From positions 66,520,862-66,584,861 of the forward strand of contig NC_090399.1 of NCBI RefSeq assembly GCF_036365525.1: DNA of 64,000 nucleotides, read 5' to 3'. This document shows, one piece after another, positions 53,822-63,425 of this stretch. Made by a program: the position numbers and the translations under genes. This stretch comes from Heterodontus francisci. Taxonomy: Eukaryota. How positions within the stretch are numbered: the stretch's first letter is position 1; every line of letters begins with the position of its first letter. The notes beneath the pieces were generated by a model, which searched no databases, was not told the origin of the DNA, and was given only the letters and a program-made list of their open reading frames with translations.

Positions 53822-54097
53822 TTGCTCCTCATCTGTTTCCATCCGTGGACAAAGTGTCAGCCACTAAACCGACCCAGTTCTCCTGCCTGGTCACGGGCTT
53901 TTATCCTCGCGATATCGAAGTCACCCTCCTGAGAAATGGCAGATCAATGGCAGACACGGAATCCCATGACATCCTGCCCAACCACGATGGCACCTACCAG
54001 CTCCGGAAATGGGCTCAGATCGACCCTAATGATGGAGCCACCTATTCCTGTCAGTATGAGCAGAGTGGAAAAGAAGGAGTGAAGATCCGAGACTGGG
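53822..54097 (+). CDS. MHC class I alpha3 (Ig C1-set) exon: VAPHLFPSVDKVSATKPTQFSCLVTGFYPRDIEVTLLRNGRSMADTESHDILPNHDGTYQLRKWAQIDPNDGATYSCQYEQSGKEGVKIRDW
   Basis: CTGAC branch-like motif, pyrimidine tract and CAG ending at 53821; donor GTAAGA at 54098. Contains CLVTGFYP, LPNHDGTYQ and YSC motifs. Confidence 0.97.
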
Positions 54098-54194
54098 GTA
54101 AGAGGAACAGTGACTGTAGGGGCAGTGTCTGTTTGTGAGATTTCAAGATGTTTATAATCACCTCTCCTCACTGTGTCTCCCAAAATCGATCGCC

Positions 54195-54480
54195 TCTCAC
54201 TTCTCAGCATTAAACTGTATCTGCCACTTGTCAGCCCATTTCACCAGCCTGTCTCTGTGCTCCTGAAGGCTGTTATTATCCTCCATGCTGTTTCCTGCAT
54301 TTCCAAGTTTTGTGTCTGACTTTGAAATTATGCCCTCTGTACTCAAATTTAGGACATTAATATATATCAGACAGAGCAATGATCTGCTACTGACTGCTGG
54401 GAAACATCACTGTATACTTCCCTCCAGTCCAAAACACAGCCATTCACCATTGCTGTCTGCTCCATGTTTCAGTCAATTCC
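54195..54480 (-). mobile_element. Old CR1-type RT fragment
   Basis: The minus frame reads ISKSDTKLG...LQEHRDRLVKWADKWQIQFNAEK. A further YMDFEK remnant lies at about 54955-54975, beyond the SINE. Confidence 0.7.
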
Positions 54481-54554
54481 CTTTCCACTTTGCCATTTCC
54501 ATGGGCTTCGGTTTTACTCCCAAGTCTATTATTTGGCCCTTTTAATCAAGGTGT

Positions 54555-54950
54555 TTGTTATTCTTTCATGGGATGAGGGTGTCACTGGCAAGGCCGGAAT
54601 TTGTTACTCATCCCTAATTGTCCTTGAATTTAGTGGCTTGCTGGGCCACTTCAGAGGGCAGTTAAGAGTCAACCACATTGCTGTGGGTCTGGAGTCACCT
54701 GTAGGCCAGACCAGGTAAGGACGGCAGATTTCCTTCCCTGAAAGACATTAGTGAAGCAGATGGGTTTTTATGGCAATCGATGATAGTTTCACGGCACCAT
54801 TACTGAGACTAGCTTTATTAATTAATTGAATTTGTTGAATATAAATACCGCCAGCTGCTGTGGTGGGATTTGAACCCATGTCTCCAGGGCATTAGCCTGT
54901 GCCTCTGGATTAATAGTCCTGTGACATTACCACTACACCACCATCTCCCC
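54555..54950 (-). mobile_element. tRNA-derived SINE, resembling the shark SacSINE1-type family
   Basis: Minus-strand head GGGGAGATGGTGGTGTAGTGG with A box (54930-54940) and B box GGTTCAAATCC (54866-54876), ~400 bp long, A-rich 3' end. The family name is from recall only. Confidence 0.78.
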
Positions 54951-54973
54951 TAAAGTACCTTTTCAAAGTCCAT

Positions 54974-55308
54974 ATAGAAAGACCAGGTGCTACTCCTCGA
55001 GCTTGCATTGATGTTCACTGGAGCATTGGAGCAGGCCATGTTGGCATGAGAGCAGGGGGATGATGTTGAAATGACCAGTGACCGGAAGCTCAGGGTCATA
55101 CTTTCGAACTGAGCGGAGGTATTCCGCAAAGCGGTCACCCAGTCTGCGTTTGGTCTCCCCAATGTAGAGGAGACCACATTGTGAGCAGTGAATACAGTAT
55201 ACTACATTGAAAGTACAAGTAAATCACTGCATCACCTGAAAGGAGTGTTTGGGGCCTTGGATATTGAGGAGGGAGGAGGTAAATGGGCAGGTATTACACC
55301 TCCTGCAA
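54974..55308 (-). mobile_element. Inverted partial copy of the Penelope GIY-YIG region
   Basis: The reverse complement aligns by eye with 56450-56792 (ttgcaggaggtgtaatacctgcccatttacc ... ggggagaccaaacgcagactgggtgaccgc). Confidence 0.85.
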
Positions 55309-55329
55309 ACAGGACTGTCCTGGTAGACC

Positions 55330-57205
55330 CATTGTTTCAGCCTGCTCCTGCCCCACTGAACTTATTTCTTCCTATCTTGACTCTCTTTTCTCCGCTAGTC
55401 CAGTCTCTTCCCACCTACATCCGTGACTCTTCGGATGCCTTACGTCATTTTGACAATTTCCAGTTTCCTGGCCCCAACCGCCTCCTCTTCACTATGGACG
55501 TCCAATCTCTCTACACCTCCATCCCCCACCAGGATAGTTTGAGGGCTCTCCGCTTCTTCCTGGAACAGAGGCCCAACCAGTCCCCATCCACCGCCACCCT
55601 CCTCCGCCTGGCTGAACTTGTTCTCACATTGAACAACTTCTCCTTCAACTCCAAGCACTTCCTTCAAGTAAAAGGTGTCGCTATGGGTACCCGCATGGGT
55701 CCTAGTTATGCCTGTCTTTTTGTGGGATATGTCGAACATTCCTTGTTCCAGTCCTACTCAGGCCCCCTCCCCCAACTCTTTTTCCGGTACATTGATGACT
55801 GTATCGGTGCCGTTTCCTGCTCCCGCCCCGAACAGGAAAACTTTATCAACTTTGCTTCCAGTCTCCACCCTTCTCTCAGCTTTACATGATCCATCTCTGA
55901 CACTTCCCTTCCCTTCCTCGACTTCTCTGTCTCCATCTCTGGGGATAGGCTGTCTACTAATATTCATTATAAACCCACCAACTCCCACAGCTACCTCGAC
56001 TACACTTCTTCACACCCTACCTCCTGTAAGGAGTCAGTCGCATTCTCCCAGTTTCTCCGTCTCCGACGCATCTGCTCTGATGATGCTACCTTCCATGACA
56101 GTGCTTCTGATATGTCTTCCTTTTTCCTCAACCGAGGATTCCCCCCCACTGTTGTTGACAGGGCCCTAAACCTTGTCCGGCCCATTTCCTGCACCTCTAC
56201 CCTCACCCCTTCCCCTTCCTCCCAGAACTGCCACAGGGATCCCCTTGTCCTCACTTTCCACCCCACCAGCCTCCACATCCAAAGGATCATCCTCCGCCAT
56301 TTCCACCACCTCCAGCGTGATGCCAAACACATCTTCCCCTCCCTTCCCCTGTCAGCATTCCGAAGGGATCATTCCCTCTGTGACACCCTGGTCCACTCCT
56401 CCATTACCCCCACCACCTCGTCCCCGTCCCATGGCACCTTCCCCTGCAATTGCAGGAGGTGTAATACCTGCCCATTTACCTCCTCTCTCCTCACTATCCC
56501 AGGCCCCAAACACTCCTTTCAGGTGCGATTTACTTGAACTTTCAATGTAGTATACTGTATTCGCTGCTCACAATGTGGTCTCCACTACATTGGGGAGACC
56601 AAACGCAGACTGGGTGACCGCTTTGCTGAGCACCTCCGCTCAGTCCGCAAGCAGGACCCCGAGCTTCTGGTTGCTTGCCATTTCAACATCGTCTCCCCAC
56701 CCTCCTGCCTGTCCACATTTCTGTCTTTGGCCTGCTCCAATGTTCCAGTGAACATCAACACAAGCTCGAGAAACAGCACCTGATCTTTCTATTAGGCACT
56801 CTACAGCCTTGTGAACTGAACATTGAGTTCAATAACTTCAGAGCATAACTGGGATTTTTTTTATATTTTATTTTATTTTTTAACCATGTGCCCGTTTTTC
56901 ATGTAGTCAGAACTGCTCGTTATTCTGCTATTAACCCTCTCTCTGAACTAATGCTTTGTCTTCCACCACAAGCATTAACACACTCTTTGCCTTTGTCCCA
57001 GGACAGCTTTGTTATTTAATCTCTCCTGCCCTATCAAACACCTTCCCCTTTGTTCTCTCTCCCCTTCACTTGCTTAAAACCTAATTATTTTCTCATCTTT
57101 GCCAGTTCTGTTGAAATGTGACAGACCTGAAACGTTAACTCTGTTCCTCTCTCCACAGATGCTGCCAGACCTGCTGAGTATTTCCAGCACTCTTTGTTTT
57201 TATTT
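55330..57205 (+). mobile_element. Penelope-like retroelement, 5'-truncated and inactivated (RT + GIY-YIG endonuclease + 3' terminus)
   Basis: TMDVQSLYTSIP, QVKGVAMGTRMGPSYA, FFRYIDD, LPFLD, YKPT..HSYLDY, a Cys-rich linker, and VVYCIRCSQCGLHYIGETKRRLGDRFAEH. Premature TGA at 55887-55889 and a frameshift near 56530. Confidence 0.92.
57104..57140 (+). ncRNA. Degenerate hammerhead ribozyme motif in the Penelope 3' terminus
   Basis: AGUU-CUGUUGA-AAUGUGACAGACCU-GAAA-CGUU-AACU. Stem I (AGUU/AACU) and the palindromic ACGU are retained; the CUGAnGA core is mutated and stem II is eroded. Confidence 0.5.
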
Positions 57206-57209
57206 ATGG

Positions 57210-57371
57210 TCAACACTGTTATTGGGTAAAAGTACAGATGAACAGTGGGAAGTGTTCAAAAGATAATTTAGCTTAAAGCAAGACCAGTATGTACCCATAA
57301 GGGGAAGAGGTCTACTTGACAAAAGAGGAGAGAGATAATATAAAATTCAAGATAAAAGCAAAGAATAGTGT
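57210..57371 (+). mobile_element. Old sense-strand CR1-like fragment, apparently continuing at 60912-61137
   Basis: Remnants EQWEVFK and QDQYVPIRG here, and ENKEMIDFLNNYF near 61090-61130, match the inter-domain region of CR1 ORF2. Confidence 0.5.
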
Positions 57372-57737
57372 ACAAAGAACAGTACAGCACAGGAACAGGC
57401 CATTTGGCCCTCCAAGCCTGCGCCGATCTTGATGCCTGCCAAAACTAACACCTTCTGCACTTCCGGGGCTCATATCCCTCTATTCCCTTCCTATTCATAT
57501 ATTTGTCAAGATGTCTCTTAAACATCGCTATCGTATCTGCTTCCACCACCTCCCCCGGCAGCAAGTTCCAGGCACTCACCACCCTCTGTGTAAAGAACTT
57601 GCCTCGCACATCCCCTCTAAACTTTGCCCCTCGCACCTTAAACCTATGTCCCCTAGTAACTGACTCTTCCACCCTGGGAAAAAGCTTCTGACTATCCACT
57701 CTGTCCATGCCGCTCATAACTTTGTAAACCTCTATCA
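57372..57737 (-). mobile_element. Young 5'-truncated CR1 LINE 3' end
   Basis: IEVYKVMSGMDRVDSQKLFP...TRGHRFKVRG...FFTQRVVSAWNLLP; nearly identical to 59877-60256. Confidence 0.92.
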
Positions 57738-59811
57738 CACTCTGCACACCTCTCGTATACACTTGACTATGCTTGCACAATCTCGGCGCTCCACCACACA
57801 TGTTCCATCACCGAGCACACTCTTAGCCATATTAGGGCACACTTCTTCAACACTTTCACCTCTAGCACCTGCTGCCATCTCCTAGCACACTCTTGGGCAT
57901 ACTGTGGGCACAGCAGCAGACATTTAGGCAGCTTTACCGCACTCTTGGGCATCCGTAGTAAACACTTGACGTCCCAGCACACGCCTGACAACCTCGAGCA
58001 CCTGTTTGGACACCATTATCTGGGCTAACCGTGCACCTCCTTGCAAACCTGACTGGTTCACCCGAGCACAAACCTGCTGACTCTTAGCATACACTTGGTT
58101 GTCCGTAGCACACTACGTCATTCTCTAGCACCCTCTTGGACAGACCGAACACACTCTGGACATACTGAGCACTCCCCTTGACACCTCTATCACGCACTGA
58201 GCTTCCCTACCACACTATTGCGCACCCCAGCACACCCTTGGGCACCTCAATACATACTTCAGCACCCGTACCAAACTCTTCGGCAGCCCCAGAACATTCT
58301 GGGTACTCCTGACATTCAGTTACCATTATGTAGCACACTCTTGGGAACGTCTATTACACAACTGGTCACGCATAGTACAGTCTGGTCTAACGGAGCACAC
58401 ACTTGGAAACCTCGAGCATACTCTGGGCACCCTGTGTGTACACTTGTAACACACACTTGGGCACGCCGAGCTCCTTATTGTGCAATACTAGCAGAATCTG
58501 GGCACTCCTGGCACACGTGCCATCTCCTAGCACACAACTGGGCACAGTTAATACATTTTAGGCACACCAAGCACGCCTTGGCCATCTTGACACACACTTG
58601 GTCACCACGAGAACACGCCTGTTGCACACTTTTGTCATTCTCTAGCACACTCTTGGATACCCCTATCAGTCTCTGGGCACACGAATCACACTCTTTGGCA
58701 CTGCTACCACACACTGGGCGCCCCAAAACACTCTGGGCACCTGAGCACCATCTTGGACACCACTGGCACACTCTTGCCATCCCCAAGTACACTCTTGGGC
58801 AACCCGGAACACTCACTGTCACTTATCACACTCTGGACACCCCCAGAACACTCCTTGGTACCCCTATCATACTCTTGGGCTCTCCTAGTTCACTCTTGTG
58901 CGCCACAAAACATTCTTGGTTACCCCCAGTACACTCTTGGCCACCCATATTACAATATTGGGCATCCCGAATACAATCTTGGGTAGCACTAGTACACTCT
59001 TGGGCACCCCTATCACCTTATGGGCACTCCAATCACACTCTGGGCACTCCGGACATCCTTTGTGCAAAGTAGCCACACTTGGGCAGTCCTAGCACACACT
59101 TGGACACCCTAGCACACACTTGCCATCCTCTAGCACATGTTGGTTACCAAAGCACATTCTTGGGGACCTGTAGCAGACTCTTGTCTTTTGTTACCACCCT
59201 CTTGGACAGACCTAGGACACTGTGGGCACAGCGATCACTCTCATTGACACACCTGTCTCACACTGGGCACCCCGGCACACTCTGAGCACTCTAGTACAAT
59301 CTTGGGCACCTCTATCACACTCTTGGGAAAGCCTAGCACACACTTGAACAACCCTAGCCAATCTGGGCACTCCTAGCACACACTTGCCTTCACCCAGCAC
59401 ACGATTGGTTACCCCGAACACACACTGGGCACACTGTATACCCCCTTGGGTACTTCTCACGCTCACTAGGGCACCCATAGAACACTTTCGAGTACTCCTG
59501 CACTCTCTTAGATTCAGATATTACACTCTTGGTCACCCTTAGAACATTCTTGGGCACACCTTGAACACCCTTTGCACACTCTTGGCAAACTAAGCTCACA
59601 CCTCCGCACCTCTATCACACACCGGGCTCCCCTATCACACACATGTGCACCACAGCACTCTCTTGGACACACCTAGAACACTCTTGCCATCCCCTACCAC
59701 ACTGTTAGGCTCCCCTAACACACTCTGGGCACACCGTTGACACCCTTGTCCACCTGTAGCACATAGTGGGCTCCCCAGTACACTCTTGTGTACACAACAC
59801 ACTCTTGGACA
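57738..59811. repeat. Highly degenerate CA-rich satellite built on CACACTCTTGGGCACC-like short units
   Basis: Recurrent cacactcttgg, gggcac and ctagcacac motifs with strong C+A strand skew over about 2 kb. Confidence 0.8.
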
Positions 59812-59876
59812 CTAAAATAAAAGCAAAATAGTGCAGATGCTGGAAATCTGAAATAAAACCAAAACGTATTTCCAGC

Positions 59877-60911
59877 ACAAAGAACAAAGAACAAAGAACA
59901 GTACAGCACAGGAACAGGCCATTCGGCCCTCCAAGCCTGCGCCGATCTTGATGCCTGCCGAAAGTAACACCTTCTGCACTTCCGGGGCCCATATCCCTCT
60001 ATTCCCTTCCTATTCATATATTTGTCAAGATGTCTCTTAAACGTCGCTATCATATCTGCTTCCACCACCTCCCCCGGCAGCAAGTTCCAGGCACTCACCA
60101 CCCTCTGTGTAAAGAACTTGCCTCGCACATCCCCTCTAAACTTTGCCCCTCGCACCTTAAACCTATGTCCCCTAGTAACTGACTCTTACACCCTGGGAAA
60201 AAGCTTCTGACTATCCACTCTGTCCATGCCGCTCATAACTTTGTAAACCTCTATCATGTCACCCCTCCACCTCCGTCGTTCCAGTGAAAACAATCCGAGT
60301 TTTTCCAACCTCTCCTCATAGCTAATGCCCTCCAGACCAGGAAACATCCTGGTAAACCTCCTCTGTACCCTCTCCAAAGCCTCCACGGCCTTCTGGTAGT
60401 GTGGCGACCAGAATTACACGCAATATTCTAAGTGTGGCCTAACTAAGGTTCTGTACAGCTGCAACATGACTTGCCAATTTTTATACTCTATGCCCCGACC
60501 GATGAAGGCAAGCATGCCGTATGCCTTCTTGACTACCTTATCCACCTGCGTTGCCACTTTCAGTGACCTGTGGACCTGTACGCCCAGATCTCTCTGCCTG
60601 TCAATACTCCTAAGGGTTCTGCCATTTACTGTATACTTCCCACCTGCATTAGACCTTCCAAAATGCATTACCTCACATTTGTCCGGATTAAACTCCATCT
60701 GCCATTTCTCCGCCCAAGTCTCCAACCGATCTATATCCTGCTGTATCCTCTGACAATCCTCATCACTATCCGCAACTCCACCAACCTTTGTGTCGTCCGC
60801 AAACTTACTAATCAGACCAGCTACATTTTCCTCCAAATCATTTATATATACTACAAACAGCAAAGGTCCCAGCAGAACACCACTAGTCACATCCCTCCAT
60901 TCAGAAAAACA
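59877..60911 (-). mobile_element. CR1 LINE 3' kilobase (RT C-terminal half), inactivated
   Basis: GPLLFVVYINDL, KFADDTK, MEFNPDKC, LVRPHLEYCV*FWSPH and LERVQRRFTRM, with an (ACAAAGA)n tail. Stop at 60414-60416 and a deletion in the PQGS motif. Confidence 0.93.
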
Positions 60912-61137
60912 GATCCAGCGGACTAGGAGGGATAGAGAGAACAGCAAAGGAAGACAAAATAGAGAGCAAGTGCAGCAAAAATGAAATATGAATGGAAATT
61001 TGAGAGAATCAAGATGAACAGCTTTTACAGTTCTATCAGAAGAGAAAGGGTAACACAGCCCTGTAAAAATCAATGCAGGAATATTACAATTGAAAATAAG
61101 GAAATGATAGACTTTTTGAATAACTACTTTGTCATCG

Positions 61138-61390
61138 AATCATAGAAACTTACAGCACAGAAAGAGGCCATTCAGCCCATTGTGTCTGTGCTGGCTCTTT
61201 GAAAGAGCAGTTATTCTTTGTCTCACATCTCTGCTTTCTGTCCCTAATGCTGTCAGTTCCTTATCCTTAAATACCTGTCCAACTCCCTTTTTTCAAATGT
61301 TTATGGATTCAGCTTCCACCATCTTCTCAGATCGAGCATTCCCGATCCCAACAACTGAGTGAAAAATTATTCTCCTCATCTCCCCTCTCG
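61138..61390 (-). mobile_element. Older CR1 3' end fragment
   Basis: aatcatagaa...acagcacagaaagaggccattcagccca tail and gcttccaccat...ttctcctcatctcccctct, homologous to the other CR1 ends. Confidence 0.7.
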
Positions 61391-61399
61391 ATCAGACTT

Positions 61400-62780
61400 C
61401 ATCACATTGAACTCTATCTGCTGAGCTTATTCCTTTCTCACCATCCTGTTGTAGTTATCCTGAGGACTATACTTTACCAAGTTTCATATCACCTGTAAAC
61501 TTTACAATGCTGCTCTCCACACTCGAGTCTAGGTCTTTTATAAAAGTTGCAGAGTAATGGACCCAAAACTGACCCTTGGGAAATAACACTGCAACACACC
61601 TCCCAGTCTGAAAAACATCCATCACCCTTTGTTTCCTGTCACTGAGACAGTTTTGTATCCATCATGTCACTTTCCTGTTAATTCCATGGGCTGACATCAT
61701 CTTAAGCCTGCTGTGTGACACTTTGTCAAGTGCCTTTCAAAAGTCCATATATACAACATCTACTGCACGACCTTGATCAACCTTCTCTGAATTCAGTCAA
61801 ATTAGTCAGACATGATTTACCATTAACAAATCCGTGCTGGCTCTCCTTCATTAACCCAGTTTATTTTGCCTCTGATAATGGTTTCCAATAACATCCTCAC
61901 CACTGATGTTTGGCTGACTGGCCTATAGTTTCCTGGTTTATCCCTCTCCCCTTTCTGGAACAGTGTGGTATAACATTAGCGACCCTCCAGTCCTCCGGCA
62001 GTATTCCTGTGAGGATTGAAAGATTGTGACCAATGCCCCTGCTGTTTCTACATTTGCATCTTTCAGTAACCTCGGATGCATTCCATCCGGACGGGTGACT
62101 TTCCTGACTGTGACATTAATCTTTAATAAAGATCGATGCAGAGTGCTCGTTTTGTAGCTGTGCCCTGCCCTCTGACTCCATATGATGATCTCCTTTTCAG
62201 TCCCTAACTGGCTCCATCCTTCCTCAATTACCCCCTTTACTACTTGTATGTTTATAAAACTAATCCACTGGGTCAGATTCCTTTTCAACTCCCTGAAATT
62301 AGCCCTCCTCCAGTTGAATAATTACAAGCTTGATTTTGCCGTGTCTATTTCTGTAAAGCCGATGATATTGTGATCACTATTGCCCAAATGCGCCCCCACT
62401 GAAACATTCCCCACTTCATTCCCTCGGACTCGATCCAGCACTGCTTCCTTCCTCATTGGGCTGGAAACATACTGATCAAGAATGATCTCCTGTGCACATT
62501 TCAGGAATTCCTCCCCTTCTGTCCTTCACACTGTTACTATCCCAGTCTATATTTGGATATCACCACTGTACATTTCTTGCACCTTTCTGCAATTTGCTCC
62601 TGTAACACCTTCCCGCTATTTGGTGACCTGTACTGTACACCCAGCAGTGAAATCGCTCCTCTATTTGTCTTTAACTCTATCCAATTAGATTATGTCTTTG
62701 AATCCTCCAGCACATCACCTCTTTCCAGTGCTGTAACAATATTTTTGATCAATACCGTCACCCCGTCTTTCCTTTCCTAG
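61400..62780 (-). mobile_element. Decayed CR1 ORF2 fragments (RT and endonuclease remnants)
   Basis: Minus-strand remnants VDVVYMDF, SQHGF, DKPGNYRP, PDGMHPRLLK and HLGNSDH in the expected order, with many lesions. Confidence 0.72.
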
Positions 62781-63140
62781 AAACCTCCTACCTCCCATCA
62801 CTCCACTACCAATGAGTCTATTCTGAGTCTGATGTGGGGATGAATCACTCGTGTAGGTGACTGGAAATGTCTTTGGAATGATGTGGAATTCCAATATCTG
62901 CAGACAAGCAACCCCTGCATTTATTTATCTCCTTTACTGCAGATAAACATCCCAAAGTGCTTCACAGGAGTGTAATCCAATGACACTGAAGCTTTCTAAC
63001 CTATAACATGCTCTGCTCAGACTGCCCATCACATCACAGACTCGAATCTCATTCAACCTCAGGCCCCGCTTTGGTACAATTGCTTCTGAAGGAGCAGTGA
63101 CTGTGGTTATTCATTCATCTCTTCCTCATTCCCCCCACAG

Positions 63141-63266
63141 ACGGGACATTCCGAGATACTCCAGGATCTCCAGAAGGGACAAATCTGGGTTTGATTGTTG
63201 GAATTGTTGTTGCTGCCGTCGCTGTGATTGCTCTTGTCATCGGTGCTGTTGTGTGGAAGAGGAGAG
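63141..63266 (+). CDS. MHC class I connecting peptide/transmembrane exon: DGTFRDTPGSPEGTNLGLIVGIVVAAVAVIALVIGAVVWKRR
   Basis: Strong acceptor cttcctcattccccccacag, phase 1 giving W-D-G after alpha3. A ~23-residue hydrophobic helix, basic WKRR stop-transfer, and donor GTAGGG at 63267. Too short for the ORF track. Confidence 0.93.
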
Positions 63267-63425
63267 GTAGGGAATGAGGGCAGAATCTGTCACTCTCGGG
63301 TATGAGCAGCTTAAAATATTACAGCACAAGGTCAGAACATTAGACACTTCACTACACAGGTGGGAAACTCACATACAGCCCAGTGATGGACAGGGAGTGA
63401 GGGGACTGGGAGAATGGGATAGGGA

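Larger units (their letters stand above)
7278..63266 (+). other. MHC class I heavy-chain gene, partial (alpha1, alpha2, alpha3, TM exons); probably nonclassical and related to the shark classical UAA type
   Basis: Four exons of 261+273+276+126 nt, all phase 1 with AG/GT borders, join into an open 312-codon frame with class I domain order. Introns are 1741, 44269 and 9043 bp. The lineage assignment rests on remembered similarity to shark class I and is untested. Confidence 0.93.

Noticed and set aside
54860-54950. tRNA-like A and B boxes
   Set aside because: Head of a SINE; it continues into a ~300-bp SINE body and I could not build a cloverleaf.
55188-55889. 233-aa RT ORF as an active or domesticated gene
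   Set aside because: Its N-terminus is chimeric with the inverted arm, it stops prematurely at 55887, and downstream frames are broken.
58218-59072. 284-aa His/Thr/Leu-rich ORF
   Set aside because: Lies in the degenerate CA-rich satellite, starts at a non-ATG codon, and has no recognisable domain.
7278-63266. Calling the gene classical UAA, CD1, MR1 or a pseudogene
   Set aside because: Four of eight anchor residues are changed, which argues against classical. The sequence reads as conventional class I rather than CD1 or MR1. No stop, frameshift or broken splice site is seen, although exon 1 and the tail exons cannot be assessed.
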